Assembly: GCA_965219955.1 (NCBI GenBank)
Contig: OZ244799.1
Coordinates: forward strand, 1,376,001 to 1,440,000
Direction: 5' to 3'
Source: a bacterium
GTDB taxonomy: Bacteria; UBA8248
DNA: 64,000 nt
This document shows positions 55,902 through 64,000 of the stretch, one piece after another. A model generated the notes under the pieces. It was not told where the DNA came from. It searched no databases and saw only the letters and a program-made list of their open reading frames with translations. The position numbers and the translations under genes were made by a program. Within the stretch, counting starts at the first letter, position 1; every line of letters begins with the position of its first letter.

Positions 55902-56903
55902 ATGAATACTTCCAATAATTCAAGCCAGCAGACTCTCAGGCCCAAAACGACCGTGGCGCCGGTTACCGTCATTCGCTTCGGCGAAATGATGCCCGATTGG
56001 GGCGAATATCATGAATCACACGCCGAAGGGAACCACCGAGCGATTTACCGGTACATCGGTGGTATTTCCGGTCAAAATCTTCGTTCCCCCCTCCCCGGTT
56101 GGGAGTTTACCTGCGGCATCGCCATGGCTCCTCCTCAAAACGGCGCACCGCTGCATGATCACCCGGATGAAGAGATTTTCATGGTCTGGGAAGGTGAATT
56201 CGAGATATTTTGGGAAGATTTCGAGACCAAAGCCCTGAAAAACGTCATCCTGGGCAAGTATGACCTGATCCGCGTGCCCTCGGGCATCATGCGCGGGTTC
56301 AGAAACGTAGGGAAGGAAGACGGGTTCATTCATTTCATCCATGGGCAAGGCGACTACCAATATCCCGTCTACCCCGATTCCCTGCAAGAAGGGTTGCCCG
56401 ATGGCGCCAGAACCGAAGCTTACGTCAAACAACCCGCCTATGACCCGGCCACCCAATTAGTCCGTCATGAAGAATGTCCTCGCAACTGGAATGTTTACCA
56501 CGAAGCCAAACTCCCCGAGGGAGTTCGTTCGCTCAGACGCTATATCGGCGGCGTTTCCGGGGACAGGGAGGACGGACCACCGCCTTCTCTCTCCGAGGGA
56601 GAGATCGGATACGCGATGGTCGAATGCGGCAATGGCCGGGGCGCCCCGCTTCATGACCACCCCTGTGAGGAGCTTTTTATCGCCCTGGAAGGCAGATGGG
56701 TCGTCTATTGGGCAGATGAGCGCGGAGAGAACCATCAGGCCGTTCTCGATCCATGGGATGCCTGCTGGGTGCCCACAGGTGTGCAGCGCGGATTCCGAAA
56801 TGCCGACCGGACCGAAGGAAAAATTCACATTATCCAGGGACAAGGAGCAACCCCGGCTCCCAACTACACGAAGGATTATACCGCCCTGAAAGAAAATGCG
56901 TAG
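55902..56903 (+). CDS. Bicupin protein
   Basis: Two repeats of GAPLHDHP(D/C)EE(I/L)F...VP(S/T)G..RGFRN; ATG 55902 with GAGGAG upstream. Confidence 0.85.
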   Translation: MNTSNNSSQQTLRPKTTVAPVTVIRFGEMMPDWGEYHESHAEGNHRAIYRYIGGISGQNLRSPLPGWEFTCGIAMAPPQNGAPLHDHPDEEIFMVWEGEFEIFWEDFETKALKNVILGKYDLIRVPSGIMRGFRNVGKEDGFIHFIHGQGDYQYPVYPDSLQEGLPDGARTEAYVKQPAYDPATQLVRHEECPRNWNVYHEAKLPEGVRSLRRYIGGVSGDREDGPPPSLSEGEIGYAMVECGNGRGAPLHDHPCEELFIALEGRWVVYWADERGENHQAVLDPWDACWVPTGVQRGFRNADRTEGKIHIIQGQGATPAPNYTKDYTALKENA

Positions 56904-57030
56904 CTCAAACCGCAGGCTCACGATTGCGATCAAACGTGTATTTCGCGAGGATGAGAAACCGGAACCAAATCAAACAGTCAGGGACTAATTGCCCTGACGG
57001 GGGATGCGCCCCGCTTGTATCGCTCCGCTT

Positions 57031-58119
57031 CTAATGCCCCTCCCCCAGTGGCAATTGCACGGCCTCTCCCGTTTGGGAAGACAATTCCATCGCGATCGTC
57101 ACCTCCAGGGTTTGGCGCGCATCCTCAGCCGTGGCGTGCGTTGTAGCTCTCCCATTGATCACATGATCAAGCCAGCTTCTCGTTTCGTCACCCAGCGGGC
57201 CCCAATAATCACCCGCCGCCCAGTCGCCAGGGGTCGTGCTGCTCAAAAATGCCGTGTTGATGTGATGATCCGGTATGTATGTGTGCGGAATTCCCTTGTC
57301 GGTGTACAGCATCTCATCCTTGTGGTCTTCATCCAGCATTAAAACGCCATCCGTACCGTAAATCTCCATCCTCACACTCTGGCCCAGCGCCGGGTATTTC
57401 GCAGGCAGGGCATAAAAAACGCCCAAATTCATCACAGCCCCATTGTCAAACGTGACGATGGACCAGGTGACATCGTTCGCCGAATACCCGTGTTCTTTAT
57501 AGATTTTCCCGTTTCCCCGGGCGACAACTTCCACCGGTCGATGACCTTCCATGAACCAGCAGGCCATATCCACCCAATACGTGAGCACGTCGAGCACAGG
57601 CGTTGCGTGGGGGGAGCGCTTCAGGATCTGGAGCCCCTGGGCGCGGGTGTTACAGGTTCGACCCGTGCCTGCGAGAATCTCCCCGAGTCTCCCTTGAATA
57701 ATTTGCTCTTTCGCCATCTGGTAGCGACGTTTGAATCGTTGGGCATAACCTACCCTGAGTTCAGTACCTGTCCTCTCGGCAACCGAGAGTATCCGGTCCG
57801 CATCCTCCAATGTCAGGGAGATCGGTTTTTCCACCAATACCGGCTTGCCTAATTCCAGGGCATGGATGATGGAATCGGCGTGATCGTGCTCGGGCGTGGA
57901 TACGATGACCGTCGTAACTTCGGGGTGTTCAATCACTTCGTCATTTCTGCCGGTAGCGAGTTGGGCGCCTACCTGCTCCCCCAATTCTTTCGCGCGGCCC
58001 TGATCGATATCGGATACCGCCAAAAATTCAAGAGACGGATGATGTGAAACCAAATTCGCTCGCAGGGTTCCGATTCTGCCGGAACCAACAACACCTACTC
58101 CCAATGACTTTTTGCTCAT
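57031..58119 (-). CDS. Gfo/Idh/MocA family oxidoreductase
   Basis: GSGRIG, STPEHDH, GKPVLVEKP, VGYAQRF. Confidence 0.92.
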   Translation of the reverse strand: MSKKSLGVGVVGSGRIGTLRANLVSHHPSLEFLAVSDIDQGRAKELGEQVGAQLATGRNDEVIEHPEVTTVIVSTPEHDHADSIIHALELGKPVLVEKPISLTLEDADRILSVAERTGTELRVGYAQRFKRRYQMAKEQIIQGRLGEILAGTGRTCNTRAQGLQILKRSPHATPVLDVLTYWVDMACWFMEGHRPVEVVARGNGKIYKEHGYSANDVTWSIVTFDNGAVMNLGVFYALPAKYPALGQSVRMEIYGTDGVLMLDEDHKDEMLYTDKGIPHTYIPDHHINTAFLSSTTPGDWAAGDYWGPLGDETRSWLDHVINGRATTHATAEDARQTLEVTIAMELSSQTGEAVQLPLGEGH

Positions 58120-58208
58120 TTTGACCCTCTGGATATTCTTAAAGAGTAATCTCGTAACACAAGCCTACGAAGAAACACGCCGCTTCTCTTCAGCTACACG
58201 AACAAATC

Positions 58209-58236
58209 AAAAAAAACCGGCCTCAAAGGAGACCGG
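58209..58236 (-). terminator. Rho-independent terminator after pnp
   Basis: CCGGTCTC-CTTT-GAGGCCGG followed by T8 on the minus strand. Confidence 0.82.
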
Positions 58237-58260
58237 CGCAAACATCATCATTTGGTTTCA

Positions 58261-60396
58261 TCAGGTCACGGGCGCATAAAATTGCTTCCATTCTTCGGGC
58301 AACTCTTCTTCTGTCACATCTTTCATCGAGAGGCGAATTCTCCCATTTCCTTCCACTTCGATGCATTTCACCAAAACCTTCTGACCTTCTTTCAAGACAT
58401 CGCTCACTGAACCGATTCTCTTCTTGGCAATCATGCTGATATGGCAAAGGCCATCCGTTCCCGGGAATATTTCGACGAATGCTCCAAAGTCCATGATCTT
58501 TCTGACTGTACCATAGTAAACCGTGCCCTTTTCGGCTTCCTGAGTCAGTTCACGAATGATCTCTATGGCCCTAAGGGCTGCCGCCTCATCGGTGGAAGAG
58601 ATGAAGATTGTTCCATCATCTTCAATATCTACATCCGCCCCCGTCTCCTCGACGATTCCGCGAATCACTTTCCCGCCAGGCCCAATCACATCCCTCACAC
58701 GATCTTTCGAGACCTGTATCGTCATAATCCTCGGCGCGTAGGGAGAAATCTCTTCGCTAGGCTGGGAAATCACTTTATCCATCTGCTCGAGCACGTGCAT
58801 TCTCGCATCGTTGGCCTGCGCCAAAGCATCTCTCACGAGGCGCAATTGCAATCCTTTGATCTTGATATCCATTTGAAGAGCGGTAATGCCATGACGCGTA
58901 CCACCGACCTTGAAGTCCATATCCCCCAGATGATCTTCCAGCCCAAGGATATCCGTCAGTATTGCTGTTTTTCCTGTGGATTCTTCACTGATCAACCCCA
59001 TGGCAATGCCGGCCACTGGAGATGTTATCGGTACGCCCGCACTCATCAAGGCCAGGCTGGCGCCGCAGATGCTCGCCATGGATGAGCTGCCATTGCTCTC
59101 CGTGATGTCTGAAACAACCCGGATTGTATAGGGAAAATCTTCCTGCTCCGGCAATATCGCCTGCACTGCCCGAGATGCCAGCGCGCCGTGGCCGATTTCG
59201 CGGCGACCCGGGCCGCGGTTTGGTTTCGCTTCCCCAACGCTAAACCCGGGGAAATTATAGTGCAGCAGAAAAGTCCTGTCGGCTTTCCCGTCCAGCGTGT
59301 CTATCAATTGGGCCTCGGAGGCAGTGCCAAGCGTCACCGTCACCAACGCCTGCGTCTCACCTCGTGTGAACAATGCGCTGCCATGGGGTCTGGCAAGGGG
59401 CGACATTCTAATGGTAATCGGCCGAACATCACGAAGCCCCCGGCCATCCGAACGTTTCCCCTCATCTAAAATCAAGCCCCGGAAAACTTCTTTCTCGATT
59501 TTGCCAAAATAATCTGAGACAACTCCCTTATCCGCAGACCCTTCCTCGTCTGCGCAAAGAGTATCGACCGCGGCAGCTTTCGCCTCATCGATAGCGCTAT
59601 ATTGTCCCGCTTTGTCGTGAATCTCTGCAGCCGCTTGTAGTTTGGGAACCACAATTTCACGTACCTTCCCCATTAGTTCCGCATCTTCTTCCTCAGACTC
59701 GACTACACGTTTGGTTTTTCCGCATTCCGCCCTAAGTTCATCCTGCATAGCGCACAACTCTTGAATCACAGAATGGCCTTGCTCGAACGCTTCCATGTAG
59801 ACGTCTTCGGAAACTTCAAAGCTGCCGGCTTCCACCATGACTATCGCGTCCGAAGTTCCAGCCATCACACAATTCAGATCGCTGTCAATTTGCTGTTCGA
59901 CCGTCGGATTGACAATAATTTCGCCGTCAATTCGCCCGACGCGAACAGCACCGATAGGACCGGAGAATGGGATATCCGAAATGTGGAGAGCGGCGGAAGT
60001 TCCATTGATTGCCAAAATGTCGGAATCGTTCAACTTATCGTAAGACATGACCATGACCTGAATCATCGTCTCACAACGAAATTCCTTCGGGAAAAGAGGA
60101 CGGATAGGCCTATCGATTAAACGACAAGTTAATGTTTCCCTCTCGCCAGGTTTTGCCTCGCGCCGGAAAAAATTGCCGGGAATAATTCCTGCGGCGTAGA
60201 AAAACTCTCGGTAATCAACTGTAAGGGGGAAAAAATCTATTCCCTCACGTGTAGAGTGCGAAGCGCAAGCCGTACACAGCACACTGGTCTCACCATAATG
60301 CATCATTACGGCGCCACCGGCTTGCTTGGCGATCTCACCTGTTTCAAAGGCAAGAGTATAACCATTGATGGATATGTCTTTTCGATACGGTGGCAT
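58261..60396 (-). CDS. pnp: Polyribonucleotide nucleotidyltransferase (PNPase)
   Basis: DFFPLTVDY, RLIDRPIRPLF, FTRGETQ, ESNGSSSMAS, EDHLGDMDFK, KH and S1 domains. Confidence 0.98.
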   Translation of the reverse strand: MPPYRKDISINGYTLAFETGEIAKQAGGAVMMHYGETSVLCTACASHSTREGIDFFPLTVDYREFFYAAGIIPGNFFRREAKPGERETLTCRLIDRPIRPLFPKEFRCETMIQVMVMSYDKLNDSDILAINGTSAALHISDIPFSGPIGAVRVGRIDGEIIVNPTVEQQIDSDLNCVMAGTSDAIVMVEAGSFEVSEDVYMEAFEQGHSVIQELCAMQDELRAECGKTKRVVESEEEDAELMGKVREIVVPKLQAAAEIHDKAGQYSAIDEAKAAAVDTLCADEEGSADKGVVSDYFGKIEKEVFRGLILDEGKRSDGRGLRDVRPITIRMSPLARPHGSALFTRGETQALVTVTLGTASEAQLIDTLDGKADRTFLLHYNFPGFSVGEAKPNRGPGRREIGHGALASRAVQAILPEQEDFPYTIRVVSDITESNGSSSMASICGASLALMSAGVPITSPVAGIAMGLISEESTGKTAILTDILGLEDHLGDMDFKVGGTRHGITALQMDIKIKGLQLRLVRDALAQANDARMHVLEQMDKVISQPSEEISPYAPRIMTIQVSKDRVRDVIGPGGKVIRGIVEETGADVDIEDDGTIFISSTDEAAALRAIEIIRELTQEAEKGTVYYGTVRKIMDFGAFVEIFPGTDGLCHISMIAKKRIGSVSDVLKEGQKVLVKCIEVEGNGRIRLSMKDVTEEELPEEWKQFYAPVT

Positions 60397-60428
60397 TAGA
60401 TGACTTCCCTCTGGGGCAAGACCCGCAT

Positions 60429-60698
60429 CTAGCGACGCAGGCCCAGATCCTGAATTATCGTGCGGTAGCGGTTGATGTCTTTTTCTTTCAGATAATCAAG
60501 CAGGCGACGGCGCTGACCCACGAGTTTCAGTAGACCTCTGCGGGAATGATGATCTTTCTTGTGGGTCTTGAAATGGTCTGTGAGGTAGGTGATACGTTCG
60601 GTCAGGATAGCTACCTGCACTTCCGGTGAGCCAGTATCTGTGTCATGTGTACGAAATTTCTCGATAACTTCCGACTTTCGCTCCTTCGCTAGGGGCAT
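60429..60698 (-). CDS. rpsO: 30S ribosomal protein S15
   Basis: [38 protein letters not shown]. Confidence 0.98.
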   Translation of the reverse strand: MPLAKERKSEVIEKFRTHDTDTGSPEVQVAILTERITYLTDHFKTHKKDHHSRRGLLKLVGQRRRLLDYLKEKDINRYRTIIQDLGLRR

Positions 60699-60784
60699 TT
60701 CTGTCACTTCCTCCACAGCTTATATGTTGCTCTCTATCTTTTAAGCTTCATTAGCGCGAATGCAACGTCGTCAAAAACGCGCGG

Positions 60785-60813
60785 ATTTTATACGACTTTG
60801 CCATCAATGTAAA
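60785..60813 (-). promoter_or_regulatory. sigma70-type promoter for rpsO-pnp
   Basis: TTTACA-17 bp-TAAAAT. Confidence 0.6.
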
Positions 60814-60837
60814 TACAAAGCGTATTCTCTCGTGATT

Positions 60838-61782
60838 CTATGTGACAAATACTTTTTCAGGCGCCACAAACCCTTGGTTTCGTTTTCGTTTCCTTTCATG
60901 GACCGTCTTCCCGACCGCCAATAACTCTCCCGGTTCATTTAGCATACGGACGCGAGTATCTGCCGGCAGATCAACAACTTGCTGAACATCTTCAAACCTG
61001 ACTATCGCACCATTCAATACCCGCACCTCCGCACTGGGGTGCACGTAGATGGCAGGCAAATGTGCAAGCGCCTGCGCCGGACTCATCAGAATGTCCTGAA
61101 GGCGTTTTCCTTGCAAGTGACGATGAACATCCTCGATAGAAACGGAATCTGATAGCTCAAACGGACCCAAAGCCGTCCGCGTAAGGGCCTGCAAACATCC
61201 ACCGGACCCTTGCTTGGCACCAATATCATGACAAATTGAACGAATATATGTTCCCCGAGAGCATGTGACATCAAAGGTAAGTTGTGGACCATCCATACCA
61301 ATCGCCTTGATCCTAAATACTTCAATTTGGCGCTTTTCTCTTTCAACTTCCTTGCCAGAACGCGCTAATTCATGCAGGCGCTTTCCATTGGCCTTCAATG
61401 CAGAATACATCGGAGGTACCTGCATTGTTTTTCCCAATATCTCACTTAAAAGCTCTTGCGCTCGAGAAAGTGAAATATCACCCGGCTCAGTTTCAGCCAG
61501 CAATTTTCCCGTAATGTCCTGTGTATCTGTCACTCGCCCAAACAACATGACAGCCCGATACGTTTTCTTGCACTCTAAAAAATATGAGAACAATTTTGTC
61601 GAATTACCGATACAAATCGGCAAAACTCCTTCGGCCATCGGGTCAAGCGTACCCGCATGCCCGACTTTTGTTTTTCCGGGAAGCAGCTTTCTCACTTCAT
61701 CAACCATATCATGTGAGGTAGGACCGTGTTTTTTCTTCAGATTCAAAACACCCGAGAGTTCCAACATCTTGTCCTTTTTCAA
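60838..61782 (-). CDS. truB: tRNA pseudouridine(55) synthase
   Basis: KVGHAGTLDP, TDTQD, QVPPMYSALK, CSRGTYIRS. Confidence 0.97.
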   Translation of the reverse strand: MKKDKMLELSGVLNLKKKHGPTSHDMVDEVRKLLPGKTKVGHAGTLDPMAEGVLPICIGNSTKLFSYFLECKKTYRAVMLFGRVTDTQDITGKLLAETEPGDISLSRAQELLSEILGKTMQVPPMYSALKANGKRLHELARSGKEVEREKRQIEVFRIKAIGMDGPQLTFDVTCSRGTYIRSICHDIGAKQGSGGCLQALTRTALGPFELSDSVSIEDVHRHLQGKRLQDILMSPAQALAHLPAIYVHPSAEVRVLNGAIVRFEDVQQVVDLPADTRVRMLNEPGELLAVGKTVHERKRKRNQGFVAPEKVFVT

Positions 61783-62138
61783 AATGATCTCTTTGCACCG
61801 GATAACAAACGTTCAATTTCGTCGCTGAATGCCAAACTCCGGTCGGCAAAGAATTTCAGCCTGGGTGTACATTTCAATTCCAAGCGTTCGGCAAGTTTTC
61901 TCTGCAAGAATCCACCGGCTCGTTCAAGTCCCTCGAGACCCTCTTCCATCTCCTTGACATTCCCTTGATTTTCACCGTAACGGCTAAAGTAGACCTTCGC
62001 AACTCTCAAATCCGGGGATATTTCGACTCGAGTGATCACAACATGCCGCACACGCGGGTCCTTCACATCCCTCATCACCAAGTTAGCAAGTTCGGATTGT
62101 ATGAGTTCAGAAACGCGCAGTATGCGAGCATTACCCAT
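61779..62138 (-). CDS. rbfA: Ribosome-binding factor A
   Basis: VKDPR, SPDLRVAKVY, TPRLKFFAD. Confidence 0.94.
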   Translation of the reverse strand: MGNARILRVSELIQSELANLVMRDVKDPRVRHVVITRVEISPDLRVAKVYFSRYGENQGNVKEMEEGLEGLERAGGFLQRKLAERLELKCTPRLKFFADRSLAFSDEIERLLSGAKRSF

Positions 62139-62162
62139 TTGTTGAATTGCTCTCCATGAATT

Positions 62163-62447
62163 TCAAAAAATCTCGATATCAAAATCCAGGATAATCACCA
62201 GCCCCGTTCCCTCAAGGAAATTCAGCACTTTTCTAAGTTGGCTATCTACAAGTCGACAGTCATTGCTCACCACGCAAACGCCGATGCGACATCTCTGCCA
62301 CTTATCCTGGAAACCGACTTCAGCGACAGAAACATTAAAACGCTGACGCAGACGTGTTGTTATCGATTGAACTATCTTGCGTTTTGCTTTGAGCGAGCGG
62401 CACTCGGGAATCTGAACATCGATATTCAAAAGGCCAACGAAAGGCAT
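62163..62447 (-). CDS. DUF503 (YlxP) family protein
   Basis: SLKAKR, FNVSVAEVGFQDKWQ; between infB and rbfA. Confidence 0.92.
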   Translation of the reverse strand: MPFVGLLNIDVQIPECRSLKAKRKIVQSITTRLRQRFNVSVAEVGFQDKWQRCRIGVCVVSNDCRLVDSQLRKVLNFLEGTGLVIILDFDIEIF

Positions 62448-62490
62448 GGATAGAAAATATCAAAAAAAGCGACACAAGACACAAATCAAC

Positions 62491-64000
62491 TTAAAGCGTC
62501 CGAGATACTTCTTCTGTAATATATGGTTCTATGATATCGCCTTGCTTGATGTCGTTATAATTCTCAATTCCGATTCCACACTCATAACCAGATTGGACCT
62601 CGTTCACATCATCTTTGAACCGCCTCAAAGATGAAATTTTACCCGTATAGATAACTACATTATCCCGGATGAGACGCACACTTGAATTTCTATTGATATT
62701 TCCGTCGATGACATAGCAACCCGCTATCGTCCCCACATTGGGAACATGAAACAGCTCCCGAATTTCCGCGTGCCCGCGGACTATTTCTCGCTGAACGGGC
62801 TCGAGTATTCCTTCAAGAGCCGACTTTATTTCATCGATAGCGTCATAGATGACGGAATATAATCGAATATCTACTTTTTCATGTTTCGCGACTTCCCTGG
62901 CTCCTGGCGTCGGACGAACATTAAAGCCTACGATAACGGCCGCCGAGGCAGCTGCGAGCATCACATCGGTTTCGGTAATACCACCCACCGCACTATGTAA
63001 AACCTTAACTCCTACTTCCTCATTCCCTAACTTGCCCAAGGATTCTTTCAATGCCTCTATGCTTCCCTGCACATCTGCTTTCAAGATTAAACTCAACTCT
63101 TTTACCTGGCCTTCTTCTACACTTTCCATGAAACTTTCCAAAGAAACGCGCGCAGAAGCCATAAGCGCAGCCATTCGTTCACGTTGTTGGCGCCTGGCGC
63201 TTATCTCTCTTGTCATCTTCTCATCTTCTAAAACGGTAAATGTATCACCAGCCTCAGGAACACCGGCGAAACCTAAAATTTCTACTGGCGTAGAAGGGCC
63301 CACAAGCTTCAACTTGCGGCCTTGGTCGTCCAATAGTGCGCGAACTTTGCCACTCCATTTGCCAGCCACGAAATTATCACTCACATTCAAAGTGCCTCGT
63401 TGAACCAAAACCGTAGCCACCGGTCCTCGTCCCCTATCCAACTTCGCCTCAACCACAACACCACTAGCGAGCCGGCTTGGGTTGGCCTTCAACTCCATGA
63501 GTTCAGCCTGCAAAATGGCAAGGTCCAAAAGCTCATCAATTCCGAGATTCTCTTTTGCGGAAATTTCAGAATAAACCGTATCTCCACCCCAATCTTCCGG
63601 GATTAAGTCCAATGTTGAGAGTTGTTGTTTTACCCTGTCGGGATTTGCATCTGCTAAATCCATTTTATTCATCGCCACCATAATCGGAACTCCAGCGGCC
63701 TTCGCATGATCGATCGCCTCTCGAGTTTGGGGCATGACGCCTTCATTCGCCGCTACAACGATGATTACCAAATCTGTCACTTGCGCCCCACGCGCCCTCA
63801 TTGCTGTAAAGGCTTCATGCCCAGGGGTATCTAAAAATACAGCCGTCCCCTTGTCCGAAGTAACTCGATAGGCACCTATATGTTGAGTGATCCCACCAGC
63901 TTCGCCTTCCATCACATTGGCTTTACGGATGGCATCGAGAAGCCTCGTTTTCCCATGATCAACATGACCCATAATTGTTATGACAGGAGCCCTGGGCTGA
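62491..64000 (-). CDS. infB: Translation initiation factor IF-2 (5' part outside the window)
   Basis: [46 protein letters not shown]. Confidence 0.98.
   Translation of the reverse strand, partial: QPRAPVITIMGHVDHGKTRLLDAIRKANVMEGEAGGITQHIGAYRVTSDKGTAVFLDTPGHEAFTAMRARGAQVTDLVIIVVAANEGVMPQTREAIDHAKAAGVPIMVAMNKMDLADANPDRVKQQLSTLDLIPEDWGGDTVYSEISAKENLGIDELLDLAILQAELMELKANPSRLASGVVVEAKLDRGRGPVATVLVQRGTLNVSDNFVAGKWSGKVRALLDDQGRKLKLVGPSTPVEILGFAGVPEAGDTFTVLEDEKMTREISARRQQRERMAALMASARVSLESFMESVEEGQVKELSLILKADVQGSIEALKESLGKLGNEEVGVKVLHSAVGGITETDVMLAAASAAVIVGFNVRPTPGAREVAKHEKVDIRLYSVIYDAIDEIKSALEGILEPVQREIVRGHAEIRELFHVPNVGTIAGCYVIDGNINRNSSVRLIRDNVVIYTGKISSLRRFKDDVNEVQSGYECGIGIENYNDIKQGDIIEPYITEEVSRTL

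Overview
Bacterial chromosomal window from a diderm (LptE, MurJ, SPOR protein; the gene order looks Nitrospinota/deltaproteobacteria-like, which is an inference). From 1 to 31 kb lies a dense, mostly minus-strand housekeeping block (7TM-HD, phoH, xerD, murJ, rpsT, holA, lptE, nusB, ribH/ribBX/ribE/ribD, ppdK, glyQS, lysC, apgM-like, hom, aminotransferase, lipA, argS, recO, rpsU, era, aspS). From 31 to 58 kb are mixed accessory genes plus comEC, cobB, hisS and ada, and from 58 to 64 kb the infB-DUF503-rbfA-truB-rpsO-pnp operon. I found no rRNA, tRNA, CRISPR array or transposase. Main observations: (1) a DsbA/FrnE-like gene truncated by the ORF track, with an in-frame TGA at the catalytic position (CxxUxxC) followed by a SECIS-like hairpin, i.e. 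a probable selenoprotein, next to a TIGR04282 glycosyltransferase; (2) nested, modular intergenic repeats (33-51 kb) in which one terminal-inverted-repeat shell carries different palindromic cargoes and perfectly conserved 30-bp arms flank exchangeable, diverged cassettes; (3) one such mosaic sits where the toxin of a toxin-antitoxin pair should be; (4) an inverted-repeat-bounded element with about 11 helically phased A-tracts; (5) a strong GC shift among housekeeping genes.
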